A DNA stretch of 56,931 nt, the filler included, from Sphacelaria rigidula (taxonomy: Eukaryota): assembly GCA_964200075.2 (NCBI GenBank). It is 7 parts of 7 records of this genome, joined end to end, with 100 filler letters (N's around TTAATTAATTAA, not from the genome) between each part and the next. Parts side by side here need not be neighbours in the genome. Positions count along the whole stretch, not along the records: positions 24,444 to 32,490 come from CAXNAA020012509.1; positions 32,591 to 40,637 come from CAXNAA020012510.1; 5 more parts are not named here. One strand, given 5' to 3'. Shown in pieces: positions 24,344 through 36,800 of this stretch. Made by a program: the position numbers and the translations under genes. The notes under the pieces were generated by a model. It made no database searches, was not told the origin of the DNA, and was given only the letters and a program-made list of their open reading frames with translations. The first letter of the stretch is position 1, and every line of letters begins with the position of its first letter.

Positions 24344-24443
24344 NNNNNNNNNNNNNNNNNNNNNNNNNNNNNNNNNNNNNNNNNNNNTTAATTAATTAAN
24401 NNNNNNNNNNNNNNNNNNNNNNNNNNNNNNNNNNNNNNNNNNN
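24344..24443. other. Artificial scaffold spacer
   Basis: N44-ttaattaattaa-N44. Confidence 0.98.
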
Positions 24444-24775
24444 GTGTGGGAAAAGCACTGTTTTAGGCTTGAACCTCATCTCGGAGTTAAACCTCAATTC
24501 GCACAATTTGTTGTTCTACGCGGTCTAACCCAGCAGAAAGGTTATCAAGATCGACGGCTACACCAAGACGCCGAGTATACTCGGGAAGAGGGACATGGTA
24601 ACGCCGCAATCCATCGTGTGAACCACGTTCAGTCCCAGGGTTTTTCAATCCTAGGACTGAGGGGGGGTGTTACGGATCGCGGCGTGGCGTGGTGGATAAG
24701 GGCAGCACGATGGTGGGCCGTCGGTTTCAAGACGACACTACGCCCGGAGGGCTGATTGCGGGAACTGGCTAGTAC

Positions 24776-25293
24776 TAGGCTTCTGCTTCTTATGCGTGTT
24801 TTTTTTTGCGGGTTTTCCCTTTTTTTATGTTCAAAAGTAAGCATTTTGCGCCGATTTATGCGTTTTATGGTGAAGTATGCGCGACTTATGCGCGTTTTTC
24901 GCGTCCTTCTTGAGGCGGTTCCTGGCGGGTTCCTCTGTTTGATGTGAAATATGACACATTTTGTTTTTCATCAGTTTCACATAAAAATAAAGTAGCTCAG
25001 ATAGAGCACCATAACCGATATCAGACCCGCAACGAAGTTCAAAAAAAAGAAATTACGAACAAAAACGCCACTACTCAACGAACCACGCCACATGGAGCAC
25101 CCGTGGGTAGCTACTAGCTACTGGACATGGGGTATATAATCCTGTTGGAGTATTATATGCGCCGAGTTATGCGTAAAACTTAGTTTTTTGCTTTTGTTAT
25201 GCTGAGTTCTCCAAAACCATATGTTCGCTTATGCTTATGCGCAAAACCCCGTTTTATGCGAAATTATATGCGCGCATAAAAAGCAAAAGCCTA
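24776..25293. mobile_element. Non-autonomous hAT element
   Basis: TIR taggcttctgcttcttatgcg / cgcataaaaagcaaaagccta; perfect 8-bp TSD gctagtac (24768-24775, 25294-25301); ttatgcg subterminal repeats. Confidence 0.85.
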
Positions 25294-25364
25294 GCTAGTA
25301 CCGCAATCAGGGGTGAGGATGATGTAATCCATCAAGAGACGGAATACATAAACATGCCTCCTTA

Positions 25365-25918
25365 CAGTACTGGGCGGTCTAACTATTTAGGGGCGTTTGG
25401 GGGTTTTTCTCGCGTACTACTCTTCGATAGAAGTCGAAACTGCTAGCATCGTTAGATTTTGATACAACACAACAGATCATCCTCAAAACACAGTGCCCAA
25501 GTCAGTGTATGTCGGTGTTATCGGGCGAAGCGAGTAAATACCCTGTTCATCAGGAGGGTATTATCGACCGTGCAAGACAGTTTTTCGGCCCTTGTGTAAT
25601 GAGTAGGCAGAATTTCGAAAAAATGAAACCGTAAATTTCTTTACAAATATGATCAGGACGCGCTCGATCGATCAAAAATTCAGGAGAGTAAGAATCTAGA
25701 CTGAAACGTGGCAGGACCCCCGATGACCGGTCAGCCCGTAAGTCGCCCAATATTGAGTACATATGATTTTTCGCTATTGGAATGTGGAGTGGATACAAAT
25801 ACCTTCAGATCCCCGATATGATAAGCGGTGGCAAGCGAAAAGAGCCCAAAAATATCGCCAATTTCGAAAAAATCGAAAAATGCCACAAAATGAATAGTTA
25901 CACCGACCACTACTACTG
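25365..25918. mobile_element. Tc1/mariner-type MITE (opposite orientation to 22208)
   Basis: TA|cagtactgggcggtctaactattt ... aatagttacaccgaccactactactg|TA. Confidence 0.85.
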
Positions 25919-28839
25919 TACATCTGGTTGGACTCGGTTCTTTCCCAGGATCGGTTCAATCAGCTGTCACCCTGGCGTTTCACTTCTTCTGAAGTGCCAA
26001 GTCAACACCACCAAGAAAGAAAGAGAAATCGAATCGGCCTGAAGCTGTGATCGAGAATATCCTGACGTTCGTCGTGTATCGTTCTGCGTTGGACTTTCCC
26101 CACGTGCTGTGAGCTTACGATTGTTTCAGGAATAACGGTGAGACTGTAAAGATATTTGATTCAAGCATTGAGCAGATGTAAGGAGATCGACATAGTAGTT
26201 AGAAATGAACTAGAGCACAATCAGAATGGTGTATTTGCAACGTGTTCTGGCGTAGTCAATATGGTATATATTAATTCATCACGCATTTGTATGCGCATGA
26301 TTTGACTCAACTGGATGCGTGTTCCCTCTAGTACTCGGCTTGCACAGTAGAGACGCGCAATGCTACAACAACTATGAACAACACTATTTTGTTGTAACAG
26401 CTCCCAGTGAGTTTGGAGGCATCACTATTCGTGCGTTAATACCCATGTAGCTGACGAAAAATGTGGGTAATAATTTCACAGCAGAGGATTGTGAAACATG
26501 ACGTTCAACAGTAAACTGAGGTTCAAGTGGCCTTCCAATAATCCAGGTTTGTGCGAAGCAGTATTGCCAAAGGAAAACATTTAAGGTTGCATTTACGCAG
26601 GTGTGGCTAGCTGTACCGAATGAATGCAGTGTACACGCGTGTCGATGACGATATCACCGGAGGAGCAACGGCGAAGAGGAAGCTCCTCACCCGTGTCCTT
26701 TGTCTCCTCGTTCGGCGATTCCCAATCGCTGGAGAGGTTGGCATCATGTTACCAGCTCATACCCAATTTACCATGTTGTGGCGGTAGGCGACTTATTGTA
26801 GCACATCCCCCCAAACAAGATCAATCAGGGGTTGTCGTCTCTCGTCTGTGGCGCTGACCATTGTAAATATCGATTCCTCTCTGCCTCTCTTTTTGGACAG
26901 GACGCGTCTGTGAGCTGCAAAATTCGTCGTCGAAAAGCAGGGCGATGTTTCCGTCACCGCTACCACTCTCAGACACACACATGCCAGCAAGGACGGTGTT
27001 GCGGGTTATGCTACGAAAGGGGGGGGGGGGGGGGGGGGGGGGGAAGAAAAAAAAAAAAAAAAAAAAAAAAATAGAACTACCACAACAAAAACAGGAGGGG
27101 GGGTGTGGGGNNNNNNNNNNCGCCGGCCGGCGGGGGGCGGGGTGGGGGGGGGGGGGTGGGGGGGGGGGGGGGGGGGGGGTGGGGGGGGGGGGGGGGGGTG
27201 ATTCCACGAAAAATGAGCTCAAAAATGCTTCAGACGACCTAACCAACACACGCGCGGTGCGCTTGTATGTGGGTAAAAGCGGTGTCAAGCAGTATGAATG
27301 AGCATTATTTATCGGAAGCAAGCGCGTTTGAACAACCCTTGCTGCTATTAACGACGATTTCAAGTAGAATTCCGTGGAAGGAAACGGCCAAAAATCCCTC
27401 CCCCCCCTATCGTAGCATGACTCTTGCGGCGATAAGATCCAAGCGCACCGGGGGGGGGATGTTTTTGCCATCGTTGATGTTATGTGACCTCTGCACCTGC
27501 GTGTGTACAACAAGGACAAAAGCCTGGCACACCTCCCAGTTGGGGGGGATGAATGAGAGATCAAACACTCGTGGACACCTTCTTGGCATGCGCAGTGAGA
27601 AAAATATCCCTGACGGTGACCTAGCCGCTGCTGGCATGACCCATATGGAGGCTGTCATGCTGTAACATCAGTTTTTCTCGTGGACAATCGGCTGCGTGCT
27701 CAGCAGGGTGTGTGTCTGTAGCAATCACAAAATTGCCATGTGAGGACATTCCAAGCTGAGGCGAGATATGGCTATGGTGCCACAGGAACAAGAGTGTTCT
27801 ATGATCAAGCACTTGCCGCTGCATTTGTGACCAACGCCGTCGAGCGCTGACCAGAAAGGTCTTGCCTAAGAATAGCTTTGAAGCAGCATAGTTAACAGTA
27901 CGTCGAACAAGCCCGGAAAAAATGTATTTCGTGACTGTGCTCACTGTCTGTACAGTGGCACTTTCATGCCCTCGCACGAATTGTACAAGCCTTGTAAGGG
28001 AGAACAGTTCCGATCTTAAATATTTTTCTATAGAATCGCAACAGCTCGCACAAGCTGCGGGAGGGCGCTCTGGTTTGCGTCAGGTATATGAAGAAAGGAT
28101 GACAGTTTTTGTAAGCTCTATGGAACATAGCCGGGCACAGAGAGTTTTCTTCGGATAAAATTCCGCGTTTTCTCACCTGTATTGCGTTTTTCAGGAACAA
28201 ATCCCTATTTCGAACATGAACGAGCTCATTTTAGTTCAGTTCAATACTAATTGCTTCATGTCAATTCCAGAACAGCCTGGTAAAACTGTCCGACCGTATC
28301 TTCGTACGTCCGACCGCAACCAAAGCGAGCACTTTCCCGCTGTCCAGTCGTCTACTGTGCTTCGCGCAAAAAGAATCTCCCTACGATCGTACACAAATAC
28401 AATCAAGTTCACTCCATCTAGACTCGAGAGAAACATTGATGTTCCGACGTGCGAGTGGATTCTGGCGTAAGGGGGCGATTGCAAACGACCAGGCGGAGAT
28501 GATGCAAAGTATCGCAGGCCACGTAACCCTTATCGAAAGTACCGAGCATCGTTTGTGGTGCATATATAGAAAGCCATGAAAAAAAAAATCAAGCAGACAG
28601 GAACCCCCCTCGCCTCTCCTCGTGGGTGTTGTTGTACAACATGAACACCAACTGCAGCAGTAGCGATCACCTACGTGGGTATCCCGACATGACCCCCATA
28701 GTGTGGAGATATACACCAGAGGAATGCCAGCACCTTGCTCAATCGATACTCACGCAATATTCAGCTCATTTATACTCATTCGAGTTATGCGACTTTCAGG
28801 CTCTTGACCCGCCGGCTCTCGGTGCAACCACAGCGCGTA

Positions 28840-28964
28840 TTAATTCATCCTCGAAACAAGCGAAAGGGTCCTACAGCTGCAGGCGAATGAAAACAAGATG
28901 TACGAGTAGCAGATGTGGTGGATATTGCTCTCCTCAAGCGCTTGGCGCGCGAGTCCGTGGCGAT
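28840..28964 (-). CDS. Putative exon 3 of small membrane/coiled-coil protein
   Basis: gcag|at completes REI(D)RHGLARQALEESNIHHICYS if the upstream intron is phase 1; 3' boundary uncertain. Confidence 0.35.
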
Positions 28965-29285
28965 CTGCTGCCACATGCATTCCAAATCCACCCACCCACG
29001 TGAAAAAGTAGCACGGGACGGACATGGCGCAGAAGCAGACACACTCTCGGTTGCTGAAACTCACGTCAAGTGCGAAATATTGAATATATCGTCGTGTATC
29101 AAAAACGCTCCTTCAATTCGTTGACCGCCACGTGGCCCATCTGGGAAACCGACGCACGGAGTTTGATAGACGCCGAAATCCAACAACATAAATATCAGCG
29201 CACATGTCCGCGCTCTCAGGGGCCTGGCTTCAGAGTCTGGATTTTCACCCGTGAAGCTACAAGTGGGAAAGCTAGAACTTCCCGC

Positions 29286-29403
29286 CAATTTCCCGTTGTA
29301 TATCCTCCTCGGCCTTCCGAATACGATCTTGTGCCTGCTCAAGTATCTTTTCTCGTTCCTCCGTTGGAGACGCGTCTGCCGCCAGTTTCGCTGATTTGCT
29401 CGC
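29286..29403 (-). CDS. Putative exon 2 of small membrane/coiled-coil protein
   Basis: cggcaag|ASKSAKLAADASPTEEREKILEQAQDRIRKAEEDIQREI; donor would be GC (g|gcggga), otherwise the frame reads on to the stop at 29272. Confidence 0.55.
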
Positions 29404-29928
29404 CTTGCCGAAAGCAGGGAACAACAGCCGTGCACAACCCACCAGAAACCTCAAAGACTCAGAACAAACTTTGAAAAACAAGCACTCGATGACAACGCTG
29501 GAGACCGAGTTTCAGTCAGTAGGAAGTGCAGTGCTACGCCACTGCGAGCCGTCTGTCATCTTGTCACATGTGTACGAGGACGCTTGCGATTATGCAGATC
29601 GCAGCCTCGAAGAACTGTACGTGTGGCATCAAACTTCGAAACCGGCAACACAGTTTCTGACACATCGGCTAGGAGCCCCGCTCCTCGGGACGAATTTGTG
29701 TTTTCAAGGCATAAACTCAATTCTTCGTCGACAACCCGAAATGCCAACGGAACGTGCAGAAAAAAACACGAGCAACCCTGAAAATAACGTACATCACTTA
29801 TTGACACAGAATACCTCTGAGTTGTATGGAAGCTACGTTACAAGCGTGTGAGTTGCTACATACAAAAAAGAACAGCACAATTGCACACGCAAACAACGAA
29901 ACATTTAGGACCAGTACGGCACCCATAC

Positions 29929-30051
29929 CTGCGGAGAAGGATCCAGTTCTCCCTTCGCCACCCCCACCGCCACTATACCAGCCATTATCCCCATGCCTAA
30001 TCCGGTTACGCCGAAAATTCCGGTGCCCAAGGCGAACAACCCCACCACCAT
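29929..30051 (-). CDS. Exon encoding a Gly-rich hydrophobic (transmembrane-like) segment
   Basis: catag|MVVGLFALGTGIFGVTGLGMGIMAGIVAVGVAKGELDPSPQ|gtatgg; phase 0 joins the exon at 29403. Confidence 0.6.
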
Positions 30052-30676
30052 CTATGTAAGAAGTAAAAAGGCGGGCCAGGACAGAATCGTTTGCATGTGC
30101 AATAAAAGTCATCGTCCCATGAACTGTTGTTCTAGCACCCAAGCTTGCGCAAACACCGTGGCCTTCCCGTTGTACTGATGGATACTTGGTTTGAGGGGTC
30201 AAGTTTGATCAAGGGCTGCACCCTCGGGCCAACACATGCTGTGGTGTCCAACCGTGCGGGACCCGACGCATTGTATCGCAGTCAGCGTCAGAAGTCTGCG
30301 CAATTCGTAATTTCTTGGATACTTGGAGATTTTCCTCTCTTTTTTTTTTTAATTTACCATCGCTCATCACAGTGAATGTTGAGGCTGTGAACTGGACCAT
30401 TTTGTACTGACGATTAAACTGGAACTGGAGTTTAATTGGAACTGGTGATGAGGACTCCAGTTTATCCAGTTTATTTGAAGTTTGCCGTTACCGGCTATGT
30501 TTATATCAGTTTTTAATATTATGGTTTTTATAACAGAGATGCTTACAATATTACTAAAAAATGACAGTAGAATTGGGACCTGCACCTGACAACAGTACAA
30601 GTACAGACAGCACTCGTGGTACAAGGTGGGCCAGCTTAGGAGCAGATTTGGAGTTTGCAGGCCCATTTGCAATTTA

Positions 30677-31205
30677 TAGTAGTGGGTTTGAATTGTTTTT
30701 CTTCACAAGTTTTTTTTTTCGCGACAACTCTTCGATAGAACTCGAAATTGCTAGCGTCGGTAGATTTTGGTTCAATGAACAGATCGTCTTCCTCGACCCA
30801 GTGCCCAAGTTAGTGTTAGTTGGTGTTATCGAGCGATACGAGTAGATACCCCGTTTATCTGGAGGGTCTTATTGACTGTGAAACACAGTTTTTCGGCTTT
30901 AGTGCAGTGAGTAGGTAGACTTTCGAAAAAACAAACCTGTGCATTTCTTCACAGGTACGATTGAGACAGGCTCGATCGACCGAAAATATCGAAGAGTCAG
31001 AATCTGAGCTAAAACGTGTCAGGACCCCTGATGACCGGTCAGCCCGATACAACATTGAATACATATGATGTTTTTCCCTTCGAATGTGGAGCGGATACAA
31101 GTATCTTCAGATCCCCAATGCGACGAGCGGTGGCAAGCGAAAGCGCCCAGGAAATCGCCAAGTACGAAGAAGTTATAAAATAAATAGTTCAGGGGCCAAG
31201 TACTG
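30677..31205. mobile_element. Tc1/mariner-type MITE, divergent third copy
   Basis: Interior collinear with 25430-25870; right end aaatagttcaggggccaagtactg. Confidence 0.75.
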
Positions 31206-31210
31206 TGATA

Positions 31211-32490
31211 CTTAGAGTTGGAGCCTAAAACGAGGTATGGACAATCGATAAGGCATAATGAAAAAAATTACGCATGGGCCCAGAGTTGGTTTGTTTTTCT
31301 CATGATTTAACGATATTTTACGGACACCTAAAATCCGATTCTTGCCTTGAACTCATGAAAAAATAACGATTTGGGTCCACGCATAATTTTTTTATCGTGC
31401 CCTACTCGTATTTATTGTCCATACCAATTTCTAGGCTCCAACTCTAAAGATTGGCCGGCGAATGAGCTCTTTAGTAACCGGTTCAGTGAAATTCGGAGCA
31501 GTATTTTGCAGGCCACTTACCGGCCCATGTTTGGTGTTCGTGTATTGAAATCTTGTGCAGGACCTCTCTAGCATAATGAACAAAAAGAAGTGGGTCAGTT
31601 TGTTCAGGGCGTTTTAGTAGGTAACGACCATTTTTTTCCGAGAACGCCCGAACTTCCCCCCCCCAATAAAATGAATGCCCATTTTGTGATCGAGACACTT
31701 TATCCCCGCGTGCTGCCAGCCTTGGCTTGTTTGCATCCTCTTCTCCTCAAGGACAATCTATGCTGCTGCATATTACAGATTAATGATTTTCGAATCGCTC
31801 ACCGCTTTGAATAAATTCACCGTCAACAACACCCTCATGATGGACGGGGTCTTCACTCCGTATCGCCCCCACAACACCAACTTGGGCATTGTGATTTGAG
31901 CACGATCTGCTTATTTTGCCAAAAGTATCGACGCTACGAGCTGGGCCATGATATTTTATACATTTAGAGTTGGACCCTGAAATTTGGCATGGAGAATGAA
32001 TAGGGCATGAAACAAAAATACCTCGGTACCAAAAGGTTTTTCGTTATTTTTCATGAGTTAAGGGCAATAGTCAGTTTTCAGGTCCGGTGAGTGGCCTGCA
32101 AAATACTGTTTCGTATTTCTACCGACCAGGTTTTTGATAGGCCCATGCTCTTTTATACATTCAGAGTTGGACCTTGAAATTTGGTATGAACGATGAATAG
32201 GGCATGAAACAAAAATTACCTCGGTACCAACAGGTTTTTTGTTACTTTTCATGAGTTAAGGGCAATAATCAGTTTTCAGGTATCAGTAAAATGCCTTCAA
32301 CTCATGAAAAAAAAAACTTTTGGAACCGAGTTTATTTATATTTTTATGCCCTATGCATTGTTCATACCAAATTTCAGGGTCAAACTCTGAATGTATAAAA
32401 GAGCATGGGTCTATCAAAAACCGGGTCGGTAGAAATTCGGAACAGTATTTCGCAGGCCACTCACCGGCCCACGTTTGGTTTTCGTGTATT
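31211..32490. repeat. Modular foldback repeat with inverted and tandem units
   Basis: Inverted repeat 31211-31448 (tagagttggagccta / taggctccaactcta); a related unit occurs in direct tandem (about 31945-32081 and 32141-32281) and then inverted (32295-32470). Confidence 0.7.
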
Positions 32491-32590
32491 NNNNNNNNNN
32501 NNNNNNNNNNNNNNNNNNNNNNNNNNNNNNNNNNTTAATTAATTAANNNNNNNNNNNNNNNNNNNNNNNNNNNNNNNNNNNNNNNNNNNN
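32491..32590. other. Artificial scaffold spacer
   Basis: N44-ttaattaattaa-N44. Confidence 0.98.
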
Positions 32591-33396
32591 AAACACGCTG
32601 ATTTCAGAAATAATCATTGCTAGAAATTCTGGGTGACATATTGAAAAACAAATAGGCACTGATTGAACAAACTAAAAGCTATCTAATTTAGGAACAGATA
32701 TCGATAGAATAATTCACGACCTATCGACGTACACAATAGATATCTATCTCCGATGTCGTGTACTATTGAATGGACCAATAACCTATCAAATAGGATATTA
32801 TCCAGGGTGTGGTGTATAATAGTACAAAACATTGTACAGTCTGTGGCGCATGAAAAATTGGTGCTGGCGTGCCAAGAACGCAAAAAGGAAGCGCCAGGAA
32901 CAGCTGGTGTACAGTAGTGCATATATCTTGCGGTCTAGTCCAAGTCTGCAAGTATCAAGTCTTGCTGACTGCAGTCGCGTTGTCAATGAACAAAGATGGA
33001 CATCGCTTCTAGTGCGCCTATTGGCAAGAGGAGCGCATGTTGGGAACCTACACCGAGGTTCAAACGGCCCTCGACGTGGAGCGATATTGGCGGAGTTGAT
33101 ACGAACATAGATTTCGACTTGTGAAGTTGAACGGTACCAGGTACAACAGTATCACGATCGCGCGCCGCGACCATCAGATATGAAGGGAAATATGACTCCG
33201 TTGCCGTAGGCCGGCACGCTATGAGAACCGCACGATGGAAGAGGCGTTGGATCGAAAGCATTGATTTTCAACCATCCACCCACCCACCCTCCCAGGCACT
33301 TCGCTCACGATAGACATGGAATATCCCCAAAGCTTACTCGTGGGATGCAACGTCTGGATGCCTGCTCAGACGCCGGCCGAGGCAGTCCAAACGGAA

Positions 33397-33745
33397 CATG
33401 TATGTATCTACATGTCGTCATTCCGTCTATTCTAAACGCCGGTATACATCTTACGGTATATGTGGACCATCCAGCTGAAGTCACACAGGGGGGAGGTCAA
33501 CACAGGAAATTGTTGTTTTTTGAGCACTCCACCTTTCTGCGGTGCTTGCCTCATTTTTTTTCGTGAGGATGGTTCAGCGGCCCCTTTTCCTCGTCAACCG
33601 TGAAGTTGAACTTTGTGTTCCCACGATACAGTCACTCTCCACTGTTGGGCATGATGTGAGAAAATATCCCAGATCGTGTGACTTCACTGAAGTTCGAACC
33701 GACGTCCCAAGCTTCAGAAGGTTTCGATGATATCAACTGGTATGA
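33397..33745 (-). mobile_element. tRNA-derived SINE, near full length
   Basis: Minus-strand B-box ggttcgaac; body collinear with 54220-54576; (acat)n tail. Confidence 0.8.
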
Positions 33746-33899
33746 CACCAAAATCGATCTCGAGGTGAGAACGCTACCAATCCCATGTTGCAGGAACACC
33801 GTGCAAACTGTACATGCCAAAGATCGCACGCATCTGAGTGCTTTGCTCATGTTTCCGGCGATGGTCATGGTTTTTGAGCGGAACTGAAGACGCCCAAGT

Positions 33900-36800
33900 T
33901 TGTGTAGAACAGACCTTCATATGAATCCCCGACTCCGACGCTCGCAAGTTACACATAGCAAACAGCTGAGACCTTGCACCCATCTATCGTTGCTCCGTCT
34001 CCTCCGCACAGGTAGTGAAGCACCTGTATTTCTCGGGCCGCAATCCCGTCCGACATATGCCCCATCCGTGGTTAAGAGTAGATCTCGACCGACAGACTCC
34101 GAGCGTGCAGTACCGGTGGAATATCTGAGGGGAATCGACGGGGGGCACGTCGGCCACGGAGGCGCAGCGCAGGAGGGACTTACTCCCCCGTCGTACGGGA
34201 AACACACAGCGACTGCACCGAACGGTGACTCGGGGGCGCCAGGCGCGACCGCTCACGGGGCAGTTGTAGAAAATCACGGGGCATCGGGGGGACGGAACAA
34301 CCGTCGAAGCGCAGGGGGTCAACGGCTAGAAAGTCAATGGAGCAGGGAAGGCGCGACCTGTAAAATCTCGAGTAAGTCGGCGTCGGAACAAAACATTCGG
34401 GACGTATCGCCATCGAACCGGCCGACGCTAATTACCAACGAAGTCGGCACCACCCCACGCGAAGGTGGGCGAGCTGCCGCGGGAGACTCATGGAGGTGGG
34501 GGATTCAACTCCATGTTCCCAGGCGGAGAAAAGACGTGTCTAAGCACTGCCGCGGCAACACCATCCGTACCACCGGACGCCGCCACTGAAGTACAGCCTC
34601 CGGGCACCGCCGCAGCATCGCCTCTGCCGAATGAGAATAGGGCCGCGCCTCCACTTGGCATCGAATCCGCGGCGCCCTCTGCCACCATAACACAGGGAGC
34701 CCTGCAGGGGCGACAGAGGGTGCCAGCATCAATCAGCAGCCATCCCCACCGCCAAGCCTGCCGTCTTCAAACCCCGTTTTTATTGAACGACGCAACTGTG
34801 GTGGCGAGGGTTACGCCACTACCGCGACGCAAGGTATCGCGGGCATTAGGAGACCGGTGTTCTGTGTCTTACGCCGGTACGGGGTTAGTAGGTTTCCGCG
34901 AATGTGGACAAGGGTTGTTCCCATCCACTGCTTCCAGCGGAAAAGCGCCGGCCGCCGCCGTCGCCGGAGGGGCGGTCGACCCTGCCGACGGAGCACAGGC
35001 CGCCGTCAGCATGGGAGCATCCGCCACCGCCGGTGCAGCCCCAGCGGCGGCTACTGATAGCCGAATAGGGTCGGCCGCCGGTATCGCATCTGCTACCCCC
35101 CGCCTGAACCGGAACAGCGGCGATGGCTGAGTACAGGTGTGGCCAACACAATGATGATCCTGAAACCCTGCACAGATCCCTGGAGCAGTTAGAAGAAGAG
35201 TTCCGCGACGTCAACAAGTTGAAGGTGCATGCGAGGAGGGATGAAATCCCCGACATTCAAGTTTGGGTTCGAGCGTGGGTGAAAAACCGCAAAATCAATC
35301 TTCCGAGTGTGGGAGAGTTTCGTCCTCCATCACTACCCAGCGTATATGGCGTTTGGACGGACGTAACAACGAGTGAACTCACGCTCCGGTTGGCGGGTCT
35401 TCACCGCATGGCACCCATTTTCTGTGTGACAGGCGAAGTCCGTTATCAGTCGCTAGTCGTTTTACCTAATGCACAATTGCCGCCGCGCCCCGGTGGTGTA
35501 ATGGGCCGACTGGCGGGAGCGGGAGTTCGATTCCCGATGCGTTGGTTTTTTTCTTCGTAATGTATGATGTTCACCGTGGAAAGCGTGAGAACATGAGTAA
35601 GCAGAAGTAGTCGACTGGGTTTGTGTGACGTGAGTTGACGCGGTGCGGGAGTGCTGATCCAATCCGCGAGATCAAAAAGAAAGACACGTACCGGGGGAGA
35701 GATGAGTTGATCCCCTTGAGACCACGGACTCATCCCGAGCAAGGAGAAGGGTTCGAAGTGTGAGGAAAAAGGAAAACAAAAGCACAGATGCCAGGATTGG
35801 ACTTGAAGATCGTGGAACCGCTGTTTTCGGTATCGTTTCGAGACAACATGAATTGGGCAAGGGTGGGGCTTGATGAGCGACAGGAGATGGCAAACAGGAT
35901 CTTTCAAAGAATCGTCGACAAGAATACCCCTACCGCACTGGAGAAGCTTACTCTAACCGTCGAAGGCCGAGAAGTGGCGAACGGAGAGGTAAAGAAGCAA
36001 CTGTTCTTCGGGGAGGGCGCCGGGTGGAACATTGCAAGAGAGCTGTTCCTCAAGCGCCAACCCCACGTGACCAATGCGTATCAGAAGCTGCTCAATACCC
36101 CCGCCTTTACGCCGGCCGACACCCGCATGCGCTAGACGGGCGCGTGCGCAGCGGTCTGCGGGCAGTGGCCGTTCTGCCGTGCTCCGACGGGTATGAGGAA
36201 AAGGTGGCCGATAGTATCGCGGGGTACGTGTTGGGCACCAAGACGAAGAAGGGCGTAACCAAGCAGAAGGTATGCACCATCCCGTCAAAGAACATCATGA
36301 CCGAACCGACGAAGAGTCGACGTCGGGACTCTCGGCGTTGAAGTCCAACGGCAATGGATAACACCATGTGAGGGATTGTGGGAGTGCCCAATATGTCCGG
36401 GTAGGAGAAGGGTGGGTACTTCTCAAGCTCGGAACGTCCGTCTGGTTCAGTATCCTGCAGTCCGATGGAGTTGAGGGGGATATCTGCTACCGATCTGTGA
36501 TCTGGTGGCGACAACGCTGGGAAACGAGCACACTCACCCCCGCCCCCTCAGCCGCAGGGCAACTGACAGCATGCCTCTGTCCGTCCTTGCTGAAATGTCG
36601 AAATTGTTTGTGCGCTGATGTTAGAATTTGTCGCATGAAATCACAATGAGTACTCCGAACAGGCAAACTGATCGATGTACTTTTCGGCAACTTGAAGGTG
36701 TACAGAGACATGATTTACTTGATGAAGTTAGCGGGCGAAGCCCGCAACACGAGCCAGACGTCCCACACACAGATAGGGGTAACTCGATGTGAATTAGCAG

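Noticed and set aside
27018-27200. Long G/A homopolymer tracts producing poly-G/K/P ORFs (similar at 7957-8048, 17904-18001, 24270-24343)
   Set aside because: Adjacent to N gaps and probably low-quality read-through of homopolymers; not interpretable.
29536-29553. DGSQWR peptide resembling a CACTA transposase motif
   Set aside because: Six residues flanked by stops, no downstream DG..P or GP motifs in frame, and it lies in a probable intron.
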